NCBI GenBank assembly: GCA_003819755.1
Contig: RPQK01000003.1
Coordinates: 1-34,064 of the forward strand
DNA: 34,064 nucleotides
Source of the DNA: Acidobacteriota bacterium
GTDB lineage: Bacteria > Acidobacteriota > UBA6911 > RPQK01
Reading direction: 5' to 3'
Positions 9,286-18,424 of this stretch are shown here, in pieces (position 1 is the first letter of the stretch; each line of letters opens with the position of its first letter). The notes below the pieces were generated by a model. That model was not told the DNA's origin, made no database searches, and saw only the letters and a program-made list of their open reading frames with translations. Position numbers and translations under genes: made by a program.

Positions 9286-9372
9286 ACCTCCATTGTAGAT
9301 TCTTGACGGGTTCAGGAGCGAGGAGTAGTGTAACGTCGGTTTTTTTTCGGCAATTGTCAGAAAGGGGTGAAC

Positions 9373-9747
9373 ATGAGAGTTTCTGGGGTGATTCGAATGG
9401 TGGCCTTGCTGTTGCTGGTTTCCGCTACTGTCTGGGCGGCGGATGTGAGCGGCAAGTGGATCGGGGAGTTTACGAGTCCCGACGGTCAGACGCGTCAAAG
9501 CACCTTCAACTTCCAGGTCAGCGGGGAAACGTTGACCGGAACGGTTGCCAGCACGCGCGGCGAGAGCAAGATCGAGGAAGGGAAAGTCGTCGGTGACGAC
9601 ATTTCGTTCAACGTCACGCGGAACTTCGGCGGCAACGACATGAAGTTCGTCTACAAGGGCAAAGTGGCCGGAGACGAAATCAAGTTCACGGTCACCGTCG
9701 GCGACGGCGACCGCACTTTCGAAATTGTGGCCAAACGGGCCAAGTAG
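9373..9747 (+). CDS. Small secreted beta-barrel-like hypothetical protein
   Basis: AAAGGGG SD; signal peptide ending VWA-AD; ADVSGKW...LTGTV...GKVAGDEIKFT alternating beta pattern. Confidence 0.8.
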   Translation: MRVSGVIRMVALLLLVSATVWAADVSGKWIGEFTSPDGQTRQSTFNFQVSGETLTGTVASTRGESKIEEGKVVGDDISFNVTRNFGGNDMKFVYKGKVAGDEIKFTVTVGDGDRTFEIVAKRAK

Positions 9748-9753
9748 CGACCC

Positions 9754-9850
9754 GAAGGGGCCAAGGATCAAAGGGGCAAAGGGGCAAAGGGAAAAGCGCA
9801 ACGCACCTTTTCCCCTTTGCCCCTTTGCTCCTTTGATCCTTGGCCCCTTC
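9754..9850. repeat. Inverted 8-mer (AAAGGGGC) microsatellite hairpin, ~42-bp arms
   Basis: 9754-9795 is nearly the exact reverse complement of 9808-9850; it starts 6 nt after the upstream stop codon. Confidence 0.9.
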
Positions 9851-9892
9851 CTCCCCCTTCTTCCTTCCCGCCTCTTCTCGTACATTGGATGA

Positions 9893-10537
9893 ATGGAGTT
9901 ACTTGTTGAAGAGGCGATTACGGAATACTCCGACAGGCATACGAGCGAGGTAAATCCCTTGCTCCGGGAGCTTCTGGCTGAGACAGAGGCGAGAACCGGG
10001 AAACTGGACTGGAGCATCGGGAAAGTCCAGGGTCAGTTCCTCAGAATGCTTGTCGGCTTGTCACAAGCGAAGTTCATTGTCGAGCTCGGAACTTTGACCG
10101 GCTTCTCCGCCTTGATCATGGCTGAAGCCTTGCCGCCGGACGGCCGTGTCCTCACCTGTGACAGCGACGCGGTGCACGCTGAGATCGCACGCAGTTTCTT
10201 TGCTCGAAGCCCACACGGGAAGAAGATCCAACTCGAGTTCGGGGATGCGATGAAATCGCTCTCCCGCATCCAGTCGGGGACCGTCGACGGGGTGTTTGTC
10301 GATGCGGATAAGGAGCAGTATCCAGGCTACTACGAAGAATCGCTGCGGGTTCTGAAGGTCGGAGGATGGATCGCGATAGACAACGTGCTGTGGGATGGAG
10401 AAGTGGTTGACCCCGAAAACAATGACCCGGACGTGACAGCCATCAAGCGGTTCAACGACAAAGTCCGTGAAGACAACCGGGTCGACAAAGTGATGCTGAC
10501 CATCCGGGACGGGATCTACCTGGTGCGAAAGCGGTGA
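9893..10537 (+). CDS. Class I SAM-dependent O-methyltransferase (caffeoyl-CoA OMT / Methyltransf_3 family)
   Basis: VELGTLTGFS SAM motif, FVDADK, IAIDNVLW and IRDG. Confidence 0.92.
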   Translation: MELLVEEAITEYSDRHTSEVNPLLRELLAETEARTGKLDWSIGKVQGQFLRMLVGLSQAKFIVELGTLTGFSALIMAEALPPDGRVLTCDSDAVHAEIARSFFARSPHGKKIQLEFGDAMKSLSRIQSGTVDGVFVDADKEQYPGYYEESLRVLKVGGWIAIDNVLWDGEVVDPENNDPDVTAIKRFNDKVREDNRVDKVMLTIRDGIYLVRKR

Positions 10538-10553
10538 AGGGCGGGGTGATAGA

Positions 10554-10723
10554 GTGACAAGGTGACAAGGGACACAAGGGACAAGGGACAAGGGACAAGG
10601 GACAGAAGGGACAGAAGGGACAGAAGGGACACAAGCGAAAGCGACAACGCGATTCCCCGTCGCTGATGTCCCTTGTGTCCTTCTGTCCCTTCTGTCCCTT
10701 CTGTCCCTTGTGTCCCTCGTCAC
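10554..10723. repeat. Inverted AAGGGAC(AG/AC) microsatellite hairpin between convergent genes
   Basis: 7- and 9-bp AAGGGAC-based units at 10554-10635; GTCCCTT-based units at 10668-10717; abuts the stop codon at 10720. Confidence 0.9.
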
Positions 10724-11301
10724 TTCGGCGCGGGCTGTTCGACCCAGACGGACGCCTTCTTGGCCCAACTGGTGTCCTTGTACCTGGACTGGAACTGTCG
10801 GCCGGTTTCGGTCAGCGCGTTGCCATCGCCGGTGTCCTTGTATCTTGACACCCCGGTCCAATACAGAGCCTCGGGGGCCGCCTCCGAGCTCGGGAACTGT
10901 TCAACGACGGACTGAAATCGCTTTTCCGCGTCCTTGAACTGACCGTGAGAGAAAGCGAGTTTCGCGAGTCCGAGCTCTAACTGTGCCAGGAAATCATCCA
11001 CCGGGAGAAAACCTTCGAATCGATGTTGCTCCTTACCCTCTGAATCCAGAATGATCGCCGTCGGCGTCCATTGTGCGCCGAACCTCTGGAACATGTCGGG
11101 TTGTTCCTTCACGTGGATCTTGACGGGGACGAATTCCTGACTGATGTACTTGCGGACTCGGTCATTGGTGTAAACCTCGGCATCCAGCCGAGCGCATCCC
11201 GCTCACATCGGCGCGGCGCTGAAATCGAGCAGCACCGGCCGTTTGTTTTTGCGGGCCTCTGCCAAGGCAGAGTCGACGTTGCGATTCCAGTTTATTTCCA
11301 T
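10720..11301 (-). CDS. Thioredoxin-fold + TPR-like protein with in-frame UGA (UxxC), probable selenoprotein, 193 aa
   Basis: ATG at 11301 gives MEINWNRNVDSALAEARKNKRPVLLDFSAAPM-TGA(11205-11203)-AGCARLDAEVY..., in frame with the 10720..11112 ORF. Thioredoxin cis-Pro motif WTPT; C-terminal helical AAPEALYW. Confidence 0.85.
11176..11192 (-). promoter_or_regulatory. Candidate bacterial SECIS hairpin
   Basis: On the mRNA: UGA, 10 nt, then CUCGGC-UGGAU-GCCGAG (perfect 6-bp stem, G in the apical loop). Confidence 0.6.
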
Positions 11302-11362
11302 GCCACTAGTATTCTGCATAGTGGCACAAAGGGGAAGAGAACCGCCGAGCTTCGCCGCGACC

Positions 11363-11976
11363 CTACTTCTTTTCCGCGAGATCCTTCAGTACGCGGGTCA
11401 GGGTCTGGTTAAAGAGCTCGGGATTCTCGAGCATCGGGTAATGCCCCATATGCTTGAGAACGACGGCGTCGAAATCCCGGTAAACCTGCCGATTTGCCTC
11501 AATGTCCGTGGGAAACAGGTCTCCGTTGATGCAACGGATCGGGATAAGAAGTCCCTTCAAGGGGGCGGTGAAGTCATATGTCCCGAGGCTTTCCATTATT
11601 GACGCAGCCGTCTCGGGCTGGTTGTCCAGCATCTGCTTCTCCACCCATGCGTACAACTTGGGATCGGTGTCGGGATGCAAAAGCGCCCGCACCATCTTCT
11701 TCATTGTCGGCGTGAAATCGTCCCGAAAGGCTTTGGCCTGCTCTTTTGCCCAATTGGCCGGAGGTTTCTGGGCCAGGCTCTGAAGGCTGTCGACCGCAAT
11801 GACGGCCATGGCCCGCTTAGGCATGAGCCGGGTGGCTTGCAGGGCGACCGGACCACCCAGCGAATTGCCCAGGATGACCACCCGGCGCAGTCCCTCCTTT
11901 TCTACTACCGTCTGTACATCCTTCGCAAAGGGCACGATACCCCAAGCTTTCCGGTCAACAGGACCTTGGTTAACAT
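11363..11976 (-). pseudogene. Alpha/beta hydrolase gene with internal deletion/frameshift
   Basis: GGAGGAG SD + ATG at 11976 (MLTKVLL) is out of frame with the hydrolase body DRKAWGIVPFAKDV...GNSLGG...GHYPMLE. The N-terminal HG oxyanion and DLxGHG regions are absent, and an in-frame TGA lies at 12010-12008. Confidence 0.7.
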
Positions 11977-12067
11977 ATCTCCTCCAGGTTTTAGGTTTTG
12001 GGAAAATTCAGCGAGGCGGGCGCTTAGGCAGAGGATACACCAAAACCGGCGGGAATCAAGCGAGATC

Positions 12068-12125
12068 AAAGGGACACAAGGGACATGCGTCCGCCTGCTT
12101 TGTCGCTTGTGTCCCTTCTGTCCCT
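12068..12125. repeat. Short inverted AAGGGAC microsatellite hairpin
   Basis: AAAGGGACACAAGGGACA...TGTCGCTTGTGTCCCTTCTGTCCCT; overlaps the stop codon of the chemoreceptor gene; a reverse-oriented relative of 10554-10723. Confidence 0.8.
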
Positions 12126-15100
12126 ACTCCACCTTGAAAGTCCTGATTTGGCCTTGCAGGCCAGCCGTCATTTTTTGCAGCTGGTCCGCAGTGGCGGCGA
12201 CGTTCTGGGTTCCGGCGGCCACGTGCTCGGCGGTGGTGGCGATGGCCGACACGCTGCTGTTGATGTGCTCGGAGTTGCTTGAAAGCTGGTTGGCCGCTGT
12301 CGCCAGCTGCTCAATGCCGGCGACGACCTGCTGGGAGGCGCGTATGACCTCCTGCAAGGCCGAACCAGCCTGTAAGGTAAGCTCCCGCCCCTTGTCTGCC
12401 TCAGCGGTGCTGTTCGAGATCACCTGGGTGGTGGCCGCGATCCCCTCCTGTATTTTGATGATCGTCTGATTGATATCGCGCACCGACTGCCGGGTCCGTT
12501 CGGCCAGATTGCGGACCTCGTCTGCCACCACGGCGAAACCCTTGCCCGCTTCTCCGGCCCGGGCGGCTTCAACGGCGGCGTTGAGCGCCAGCAGATTGAT
12601 CTGAAAGGCGATGCTCTCGATCACGCTGACAATTTTGCCGATTGAAGAACTGCTCTCGTGGAGTCGTTCGACCAATGAGGATGTGTGACTGATATCGTCG
12701 GTCATTCGCCGCGTACTGTCGAGGGTTTGAGTGAGTACCCGGCCCCCGTCCTGGGCTGTCTCACCCGCCTGCCGGGCATTTTCAGAGGCAAGTGAAGCGC
12801 TTCGGCTGGTCTCCAGTATGGCACTCGACATCTCCTCGATCGCGGCGGATACGCTCTGGGCGTGCGCCGACTGTTCCTCCGAACCGGCCGCCATCTGCGT
12901 GGCATTCAGCAGCAGGGTTCCGCTCGCTTCCGCCGTTGTGTTGACGAGTTGGGTCACCGCCGCCAGCATCGTGCGGATATTGGCGACGGCCCGGTTGAGC
13001 CCGGCGATGAGACTCCCGATCTCGTCCTGGCGTTCCGCCTGAAGACAAATCGTGAGATCGCCGTTGGAGAACTTCTCGATTTCGGTGAGAATCCGGCTGA
13101 CATTACCCCGGAGGTAGGAATGGTTTCGCTCCAGTTCCTGCATGAGGCGGTCGCGTCCCTCCTCGGCCCGCTTCGTTGCGGCAATTTCGTCGTTCAGTTT
13201 GCGGTTGATCTTCTCCAGCCGCTGCCGGCGTCGTCGCGCGTTCAGAGTGATGGTGAAGACGACGGCGGTGACGGTGAGCCCCGCCAGGAGGCGGAACCAG
13301 AGAGTCGCCCAGAAGGGAGGGGCGATATGAAGGGCCACAGACGTGCCCTCTTCGTTCCAGTGGCCGTCGTTGTTTGAACCCCTCACTCGGAACACGTAAT
13401 CGCCTGGATCGATGTTCGTGTAGACTGCGGTCCGTTGAGCGCCCACATTGTTCCAGTCATTGTCAAATCCATCCAGCTTATAGGCGTACTGATTCCGTTC
13501 GGGGGCGGAGAAATCAAGCGCGGCAAATTCAAACGCGAAGGACGACTGGAGATAAGAAAGAGCGATTTCTTTCGTCTCGCTGATCTGTCGCCGAAGGATC
13601 GAGTCTTTGCCGACCGTTACGCTCTTGTTGCCGATCCTGAAATCGGTCAATAGGACGGCTGGTATCGCCTCGTTTTCGAGAATTCGGTCGGGATAAATGA
13701 GGTTGAAGCCGTTGTTGACCCCTCCCAGATAGACCGAGCCTTCTCGGGTGGTCATCGCGGCGGCTCGGTTGAACTCGCTACCAAGAATCCCGTCGGCCTT
13801 GGAGTAGATTCTCACCTGCCCGGATTTCGGGTCCAGCCGATACAGGCCTCTTCCTGTTCCGACCCACAAAAGTCCCTGCCGGTCCTTGGTCAGGCTGGTG
13901 ACTTCGCTGAGTGGCAGACTGGTTTGAACGGGAAGGAATTTGCCGCTGGCTTTCTCGAACCGGTCGAGTCCCTGGTCGGACGCCACGTAAAAAGTCCCCG
14001 GAGACATCTCCTCAACGGCTTGGACGTGATCGCCAGAGATGCTCGACCGGTTATTCTCATCGTGGCGATAAGAAGTCACTTTGTCGGTTCGTGGATCAAA
14101 AACAAGCAGCCCCGCCTCGGTCCCGACCAGAAACTGGCCTTCCGAGTCCTTGAAGACCAGGGTCGCGTGAAGGGTCGACGTCACGCGGGTGCTCCGGCCT
14201 GTGGCCGGATCGAAGACAACCAGGCCGTTCGGATTTGTGGCCAGGACCAGGCGACCCTTCAGATCCTCGTCTATGCCGAAAATGTTATTGTTGGGCAGGC
14301 TGCCGTTCTGGCGAGTGAAGTAACGGAAGGTATTCCGGTCGCGATCGTACAGGTTCAGGCCACCGTCCCATGTGCCTAACCAGAGGTTCCCTTTGCTGTC
14401 CTCAAAGGCCTCCAGAACTGCGTCACGGTTAAGTCCGCTGTTGCCTGTATTAAAGTGGGTAAAACTCCGGGTTCGGGGATTGAATCGGTCTAACCCTCCG
14501 CCGTCGGTGCAGACCCAGATGAAACCTTCGCGATCTTCCAGGAAATCAGTGACCGAGTTGTGGTTCAGGCTGTTAGCGTTACCGGGCACCTTGCTGAAGT
14601 GGAGGATCGCGTCCCCGTTCTTGCGGGTGATGTTGGCCCCGCCGGCGAAGGTTCCCGCCCAGATATCGCCAGACCGGTCCTGATGAATACAGTTGATTGA
14701 CTCGTGATTAAGACTGGAGGGATCGTTCGGATCGGCCCGGTAACGTTCGAACCTGCCGGTTTCGTAATCGTAGCGGCAGAGTCCGCCATTCTCGATGCCG
14801 ATCCAGACCTCGCCGCTTCGGTCCGCGTAAAGACAAAAAGCGTTGAGCCCGGCCAGTTCGTCCATTCGTTCAAACACCGGCTCTTGTCGGCCTAGATTGA
14901 ACCTCGAGACCCCTTCGCTCGATCCGACCCAGAGGTAGTTCCGCCCGTCCAGTGCCAGCTGAGTCAGATTGTTGCTTGGAAGGCTTGACGGATTGGAAGC
15001 ATCAGCCAGGAATCGAGTGGCGCGTTCGGATACGGGATCAAACCGGTTCAGGCCGCCGGCGGTCGCAACCCAGAGTCGCCCGGAACTTTCCGGGACAGCA

Positions 15101-15756
15101 AATCTGACCGTCCCTGCAGTCAGAGTGCTCGAATTGCTGGGATCGTGCCGAACTACCTTCGCCTGCCGGGTCGCAGGATCGAATCGAACGAGCCCGCCCT
15201 CCGTACAGAGCCAAAGGCGGCCGGCCGGGTCACCGGTTATGCAGTGCACGACTGGGCCTATCCCCTCGACCGGAGCAGCGTTCTTTTCCCCCAGCGAAGG
15301 GTCGGCAAAGTTGACGAAATCGTTTGTTTCGGGCTGGTAGAGGCTCAAACCAGCCTCTGTCCCGATCCAAAGTCGCTTTCGGTTGTCCTCGTACAAGCAG
15401 GTGATGTTGTTGTTGATTATGCTGTTGGGGCTATTCTGCCTCTGATACACGACGAAACGGTAGCCATCGTACCGGTCAAGCCCGTTGCCCGTACCCAGCC
15501 ACATGAAGCCCCGGCTGTCTTGGAGAAGCGCTCTGACCAGCGATTTCGACAACCCGTCTTCGGCCGTAAGGTGCCGGAACCGCAACGAGCGGGCTTCGAC
15601 AGTCAGACCTGCGAAGAAACAAACCAGAGTGGCAAGTGTGAGGAGCGGTGGCAGAACACCCGCGCTCCCGAGAGTAGCGCGCCCCCAGTGAGAAGACACA
15701 GCTTGACCCTCGGTGCTGGGGTTCCTCATGACCAGCAGATTATGTACGTTTGCCAC
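12124..15756 (-). CDS. Methyl-accepting chemotaxis protein with Reg_prop beta-propeller + Y_Y_Y sensor domain (start may be 15729)
   Basis: Many D-x-x-G-x-(L/I)W-x-GT-x-x-GL repeats; Y_Y_Y motif YAYKLDGFD...[13 protein letters not shown]; PPFW + TM helix; HAMP (GDLT...DEIG); MCP hairpin [37 protein letters not shown]. Confidence 0.9.
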   Translation of the reverse strand: MANVHNLLVMRNPSTEGQAVSSHWGRATLGSAGVLPPLLTLATLVCFFAGLTVEARSLRFRHLTAEDGLSKSLVRALLQDSRGFMWLGTGNGLDRYDGYRFVVYQRQNSPNSIINNNITCLYEDNRKRLWIGTEAGLSLYQPETNDFVNFADPSLGEKNAAPVEGIGPVVHCITGDPAGRLWLCTEGGLVRFDPATRQAKVVRHDPSNSSTLTAGTVRFAVPESSGRLWVATAGGLNRFDPVSERATRFLADASNPSSLPSNNLTQLALDGRNYLWVGSSEGVSRFNLGRQEPVFERMDELAGLNAFCLYADRSGEVWIGIENGGLCRYDYETGRFERYRADPNDPSSLNHESINCIHQDRSGDIWAGTFAGGANITRKNGDAILHFSKVPGNANSLNHNSVTDFLEDREGFIWVCTDGGGLDRFNPRTRSFTHFNTGNSGLNRDAVLEAFEDSKGNLWLGTWDGGLNLYDRDRNTFRYFTRQNGSLPNNNIFGIDEDLKGRLVLATNPNGLVVFDPATGRSTRVTSTLHATLVFKDSEGQFLVGTEAGLLVFDPRTDKVTSYRHDENNRSSISGDHVQAVEEMSPGTFYVASDQGLDRFEKASGKFLPVQTSLPLSEVTSLTKDRQGLLWVGTGRGLYRLDPKSGQVRIYSKADGILGSEFNRAAAMTTREGSVYLGGVNNGFNLIYPDRILENEAIPAVLLTDFRIGNKSVTVGKDSILRRQISETKEIALSYLQSSFAFEFAALDFSAPERNQYAYKLDGFDNDWNNVGAQRTAVYTNIDPGDYVFRVRGSNNDGHWNEEGTSVALHIAPPFWATLWFRLLAGLTVTAVVFTITLNARRRRQRLEKINRKLNDEIAATKRAEEGRDRLMQELERNHSYLRGNVSRILTEIEKFSNGDLTICLQAERQDEIGSLIAGLNRAVANIRTMLAAVTQLVNTTAEASGTLLLNATQMAAGSEEQSAHAQSVSAAIEEMSSAILETSRSASLASENARQAGETAQDGGRVLTQTLDSTRRMTDDISHTSSLVERLHESSSSIGKIVSVIESIAFQINLLALNAAVEAARAGEAGKGFAVVADEVRNLAERTRQSVRDINQTIIKIQEGIAATTQVISNSTAEADKGRELTLQAGSALQEVIRASQQVVAGIEQLATAANQLSSNSEHINSSVSAIATTAEHVAAGTQNVAATADQLQKMTAGLQGQIRTFKVE

Positions 15757-15848
15757 CCAATAGCAAAGTGAAAGTGGAACGCGGTCCGCTAACCTGCGTA
15801 GAATTGGATGTTGACCGGAAGTGAGTCAAGAAGCGGAAGGAGAACAAT

Positions 15849-16376
15849 ATGAGAACCAAGCTTTTGATTCCCGCCGCAGTTATTGCCGCCGCGATCGGTC
15901 TGATCGGGGCCCAACAACGTCAGGCCCCGCTTAGTCCGCCGGCTGAAACCTCCGTCACGATCGACGGAAAGATGATCAGTATCAAATACTCCGCGCCGTC
16001 TATGCGCGGGCGCAAGATTTTCGGTGGGCTTGAGCCGTATGGAAAGGTCTGGCGCGCCGGAGCAAACGCGGCGACCGCATTCCATACCGATGCTGATATC
16101 GATCTTGGAGGCCTCGCCGTTCCCAAAGGCGACTACACTCTCTACGTCTGGTTGGCAGAAGACCAATGGGAGCTGATCGTGAACAAGCAGACCGGCCAGT
16201 GGGGAACCAGGTACGATCAGCAAATGGATCTGGGCCGGGTGAAAATGAAGATGAGCAAGCCTCCAGCGCCGATCGAAACCTTCAAAATAACTCTCTCAGA
16301 GGCGGGCGCCCATGCAGGTAACCTCGAAATGGCTTGGGAAAACACCACCGCGTCTGTGCCCTTTACGGTGAAGTGA
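15849..16376 (+). CDS. DUF2911 domain-containing secreted protein
   Basis: AAGGAG SD; signal peptide; motifs SP, YSAPSMRGRKIFG, PYGKVWRAGAN, GQWG and AWEN. Confidence 0.88.
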   Translation: MRTKLLIPAAVIAAAIGLIGAQQRQAPLSPPAETSVTIDGKMISIKYSAPSMRGRKIFGGLEPYGKVWRAGANAATAFHTDADIDLGGLAVPKGDYTLYVWLAEDQWELIVNKQTGQWGTRYDQQMDLGRVKMKMSKPPAPIETFKITLSEAGAHAGNLEMAWENTTASVPFTVK

Positions 16377-16406
16377 AGGCTGGGAATTACGCTGAAGAAA
16401 CGGTGA

Positions 16407-16516
16407 CGGTTGCCGATTGCGGTTGTTATCCAGAATCACACGAATTACACAAATTGGGACGAAGCTAATTCGTGTAATTCGTGTAATTCCTGGATGACAA
16501 CCGCTATCGGCAACCG
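16407..16516. repeat. Inverted 9-mer (ACACGAATT) microsatellite hairpin with ~27-bp unique outer stem
   Basis: CGGTTGCCGATTGCGGTTGTTATCCAG pairs with CTGGATGACAACCGCTATCGGCAACCG; inner ACACGAATT/AATTCGTGT units. Confidence 0.88.
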
Positions 16517-16613
16517 ATTTGATTTTCCTTCCCGAATACCTTACTCTGCTCAAGTCCTCGACGCCTACCAAACGAGTGACGAAAAAATCAGTGGTTCTCC
16601 AATTGGAGGTTTG

Positions 16614-18380
16614 ATGGGTTCAGACTCTTCCGCCGGACCCGGTCCGGCTTCGGTAATAACGGCGGGTGAAGCGCCAGGGAACGGAGATTCCGGCGGCAAA
16701 TTGATCGTCCTCACCGCCCCGTTGACGGAATGTATCGATCATGCCGGCTACTTCATCCAGATGGCCATTGCCTCTCTCCCGGCTTGGATGGAATGGGTGA
16801 TCGACAAGAAGTACCCGGCCTGGCGTAAGGTGGAACGGCATGAAGACGGTTCAGCCAAATACATGCCGGCCGGACTCAGAGTGCTGGAACAGTCGCTTCG
16901 CCGCCACTATTCAGCGGATGATATCGCTGTCTGCTTTCCCGAAGACCTGGCCCGTTTCCTGGGCCCCAGAACGCGGGTCGTTGCCGTTTCGACCCACAAT
17001 CCGCTGGGCGTGACGTTCGCTGCCGGCGTATACACCTCGATTTTTGGAAACTCGCGGCTGCCGATCAACTCGGCCCACGCTCGCGCCGCCTTCGCCGCCA
17101 TCAAGTCGAGCCCGTACCGTCATTTGTTTAAGGTGATCGTGGGCGGGTCGGGCGGCTGGCAGATCAGTCAAACGGATTCTTACGAGGAGCTGGGCGTCGA
17201 CTGCGTGGTCCAGGGGCGGAGCGAATCGGCCGACTGCATGAATCTCTTCGACATGGCAATCCGGGGCGAGGAACTGCCTCGTGAGATCAGCGTCGCTCAC
17301 CCCCTAAACCGTGACGATATCCTGGTGCCCGAGGCGCGGACGACCTTTGGCGTCATTGAAATGACGACAGGATGCGGTCGCCGGTGCAATTTCTGTCTGC
17401 CGGATCTCAACCCTCAAATAGACGTCCCGAAGGACAAGATAATGGCGGCCGTGCGGGCGAACGTCGCCGCCGGGAACAAGCAGATCTCCCTGGCCACGGA
17501 GGACATGTTCATTTGGGGCCAGGTTCGGACGGGGACACCGTTTTTCTTTCCGAATCGTGAGGCGCTCGTGGACCTGTTCCGCGAGATAGTCGAAACGCCT
17601 GGCGTGGAGCAGCACATTCTCAGTCACTGCACCATGGCTCCTGCCGTCGTCGACCCGCAGCTCATTCGGGAGTTGTCGGAGATCCTCCTGGAGAAGAGTC
17701 CGGTTCATCTGCCGCGGGTCAGCCGGCACCCAAAGAAGAAGATCTTGTCGCCCCTGATCGGGCTCGAAACGGGCTCGGTGCGACTGGCACGCCAGCTGAT
17801 GCCGAGCAAGGCCGTTCCGTTCGCCGTCGACGACTGGCCGAGCGTGGTTCTCGAGGGTCTGCGTATCATGAACGAGAACAACTGGTTCCCGGTCATGACG
17901 TTGATGGTGGGAAACCCCGGCGAGACGGATGACGATGTCATGGCGACGCTCGACGTCGTGTACGAGATTGAGCGGCGCGGTCTTTTCGCCTTCATGGTGC
18001 CCTCGGTGTTCACGCCGCTTCACGACACGCGGATGGAGAACAAGAAGGGAGTCACCGAGACGAAGCATCTCTCGGCGCTTCAGTGGCAGCTGCTCATGAA
18101 GTGCTGGAAGATGAACCTTCGTCCGGGACAGTACAGCTGGTGGGGACCCCTTGCCTGGCGCTTCGGCTCGTTCCTTTTGTGGCTGTTCCGACTCCGGCGA
18201 TTGAACGGACCCTATTTCACCTGGCCGCTCTTGTTGTTCGCCGGTGCGCTGCCGGAGAGTTGGATGGGGAAGCTCAGGAAGATCTACATAGGGAAGCCGC
18301 TAAAGACGAAGACTCGTGCGGAGCTGATCGAAAGCCTCCGGCCCAGCCATCGGAGCTTCATCCGCGAGGACGTGGCCTGA
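16614..18380 (+). CDS. Radical SAM protein with N-terminal B12-binding-like domain
   Basis: CxxxCxxC (GCGRRCNFC), KVIVGGSG and IGLETGS; GGAGG just upstream of TTG/ATG at 16611/16614. The upstream part of the ORF track is the repeat hairpin. Confidence 0.85.
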   Translation: MGSDSSAGPGPASVITAGEAPGNGDSGGKLIVLTAPLTECIDHAGYFIQMAIASLPAWMEWVIDKKYPAWRKVERHEDGSAKYMPAGLRVLEQSLRRHYSADDIAVCFPEDLARFLGPRTRVVAVSTHNPLGVTFAAGVYTSIFGNSRLPINSAHARAAFAAIKSSPYRHLFKVIVGGSGGWQISQTDSYEELGVDCVVQGRSESADCMNLFDMAIRGEELPREISVAHPLNRDDILVPEARTTFGVIEMTTGCGRRCNFCLPDLNPQIDVPKDKIMAAVRANVAAGNKQISLATEDMFIWGQVRTGTPFFFPNREALVDLFREIVETPGVEQHILSHCTMAPAVVDPQLIRELSEILLEKSPVHLPRVSRHPKKKILSPLIGLETGSVRLARQLMPSKAVPFAVDDWPSVVLEGLRIMNENNWFPVMTLMVGNPGETDDDVMATLDVVYEIERRGLFAFMVPSVFTPLHDTRMENKKGVTETKHLSALQWQLLMKCWKMNLRPGQYSWWGPLAWRFGSFLLWLFRLRRLNGPYFTWPLLLFAGALPESWMGKLRKIYIGKPLKTKTRAELIESLRPSHRSFIREDVA

Positions 18381-18391
18381 GGAGGTACAGA

Positions 18392-18424
18392 TACAGAGCC
18401 GCGTCGAATGGGCGCGGCTTTGTA
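18392..18424 (+). terminator. Intrinsic terminator-like hairpin
   Basis: TACAGAGCCGCG...CGCGGCTTTGTA stem, 11 nt after the radical SAM stop codon. Confidence 0.55.

Noticed and set aside
9290-10017. N-terminal extension of the 761-aa VanZ ORF
   Set aside because: Antisense to the secreted-protein and O-methyltransferase genes and runs through a repeat hairpin.
10452-10915. Short Cys/Pro-rich ORFs (CPFCPF, VPSVPC) resembling metallothioneins or RiPP precursors
   Set aside because: They are translations of the AAGGGAC repeat arms.
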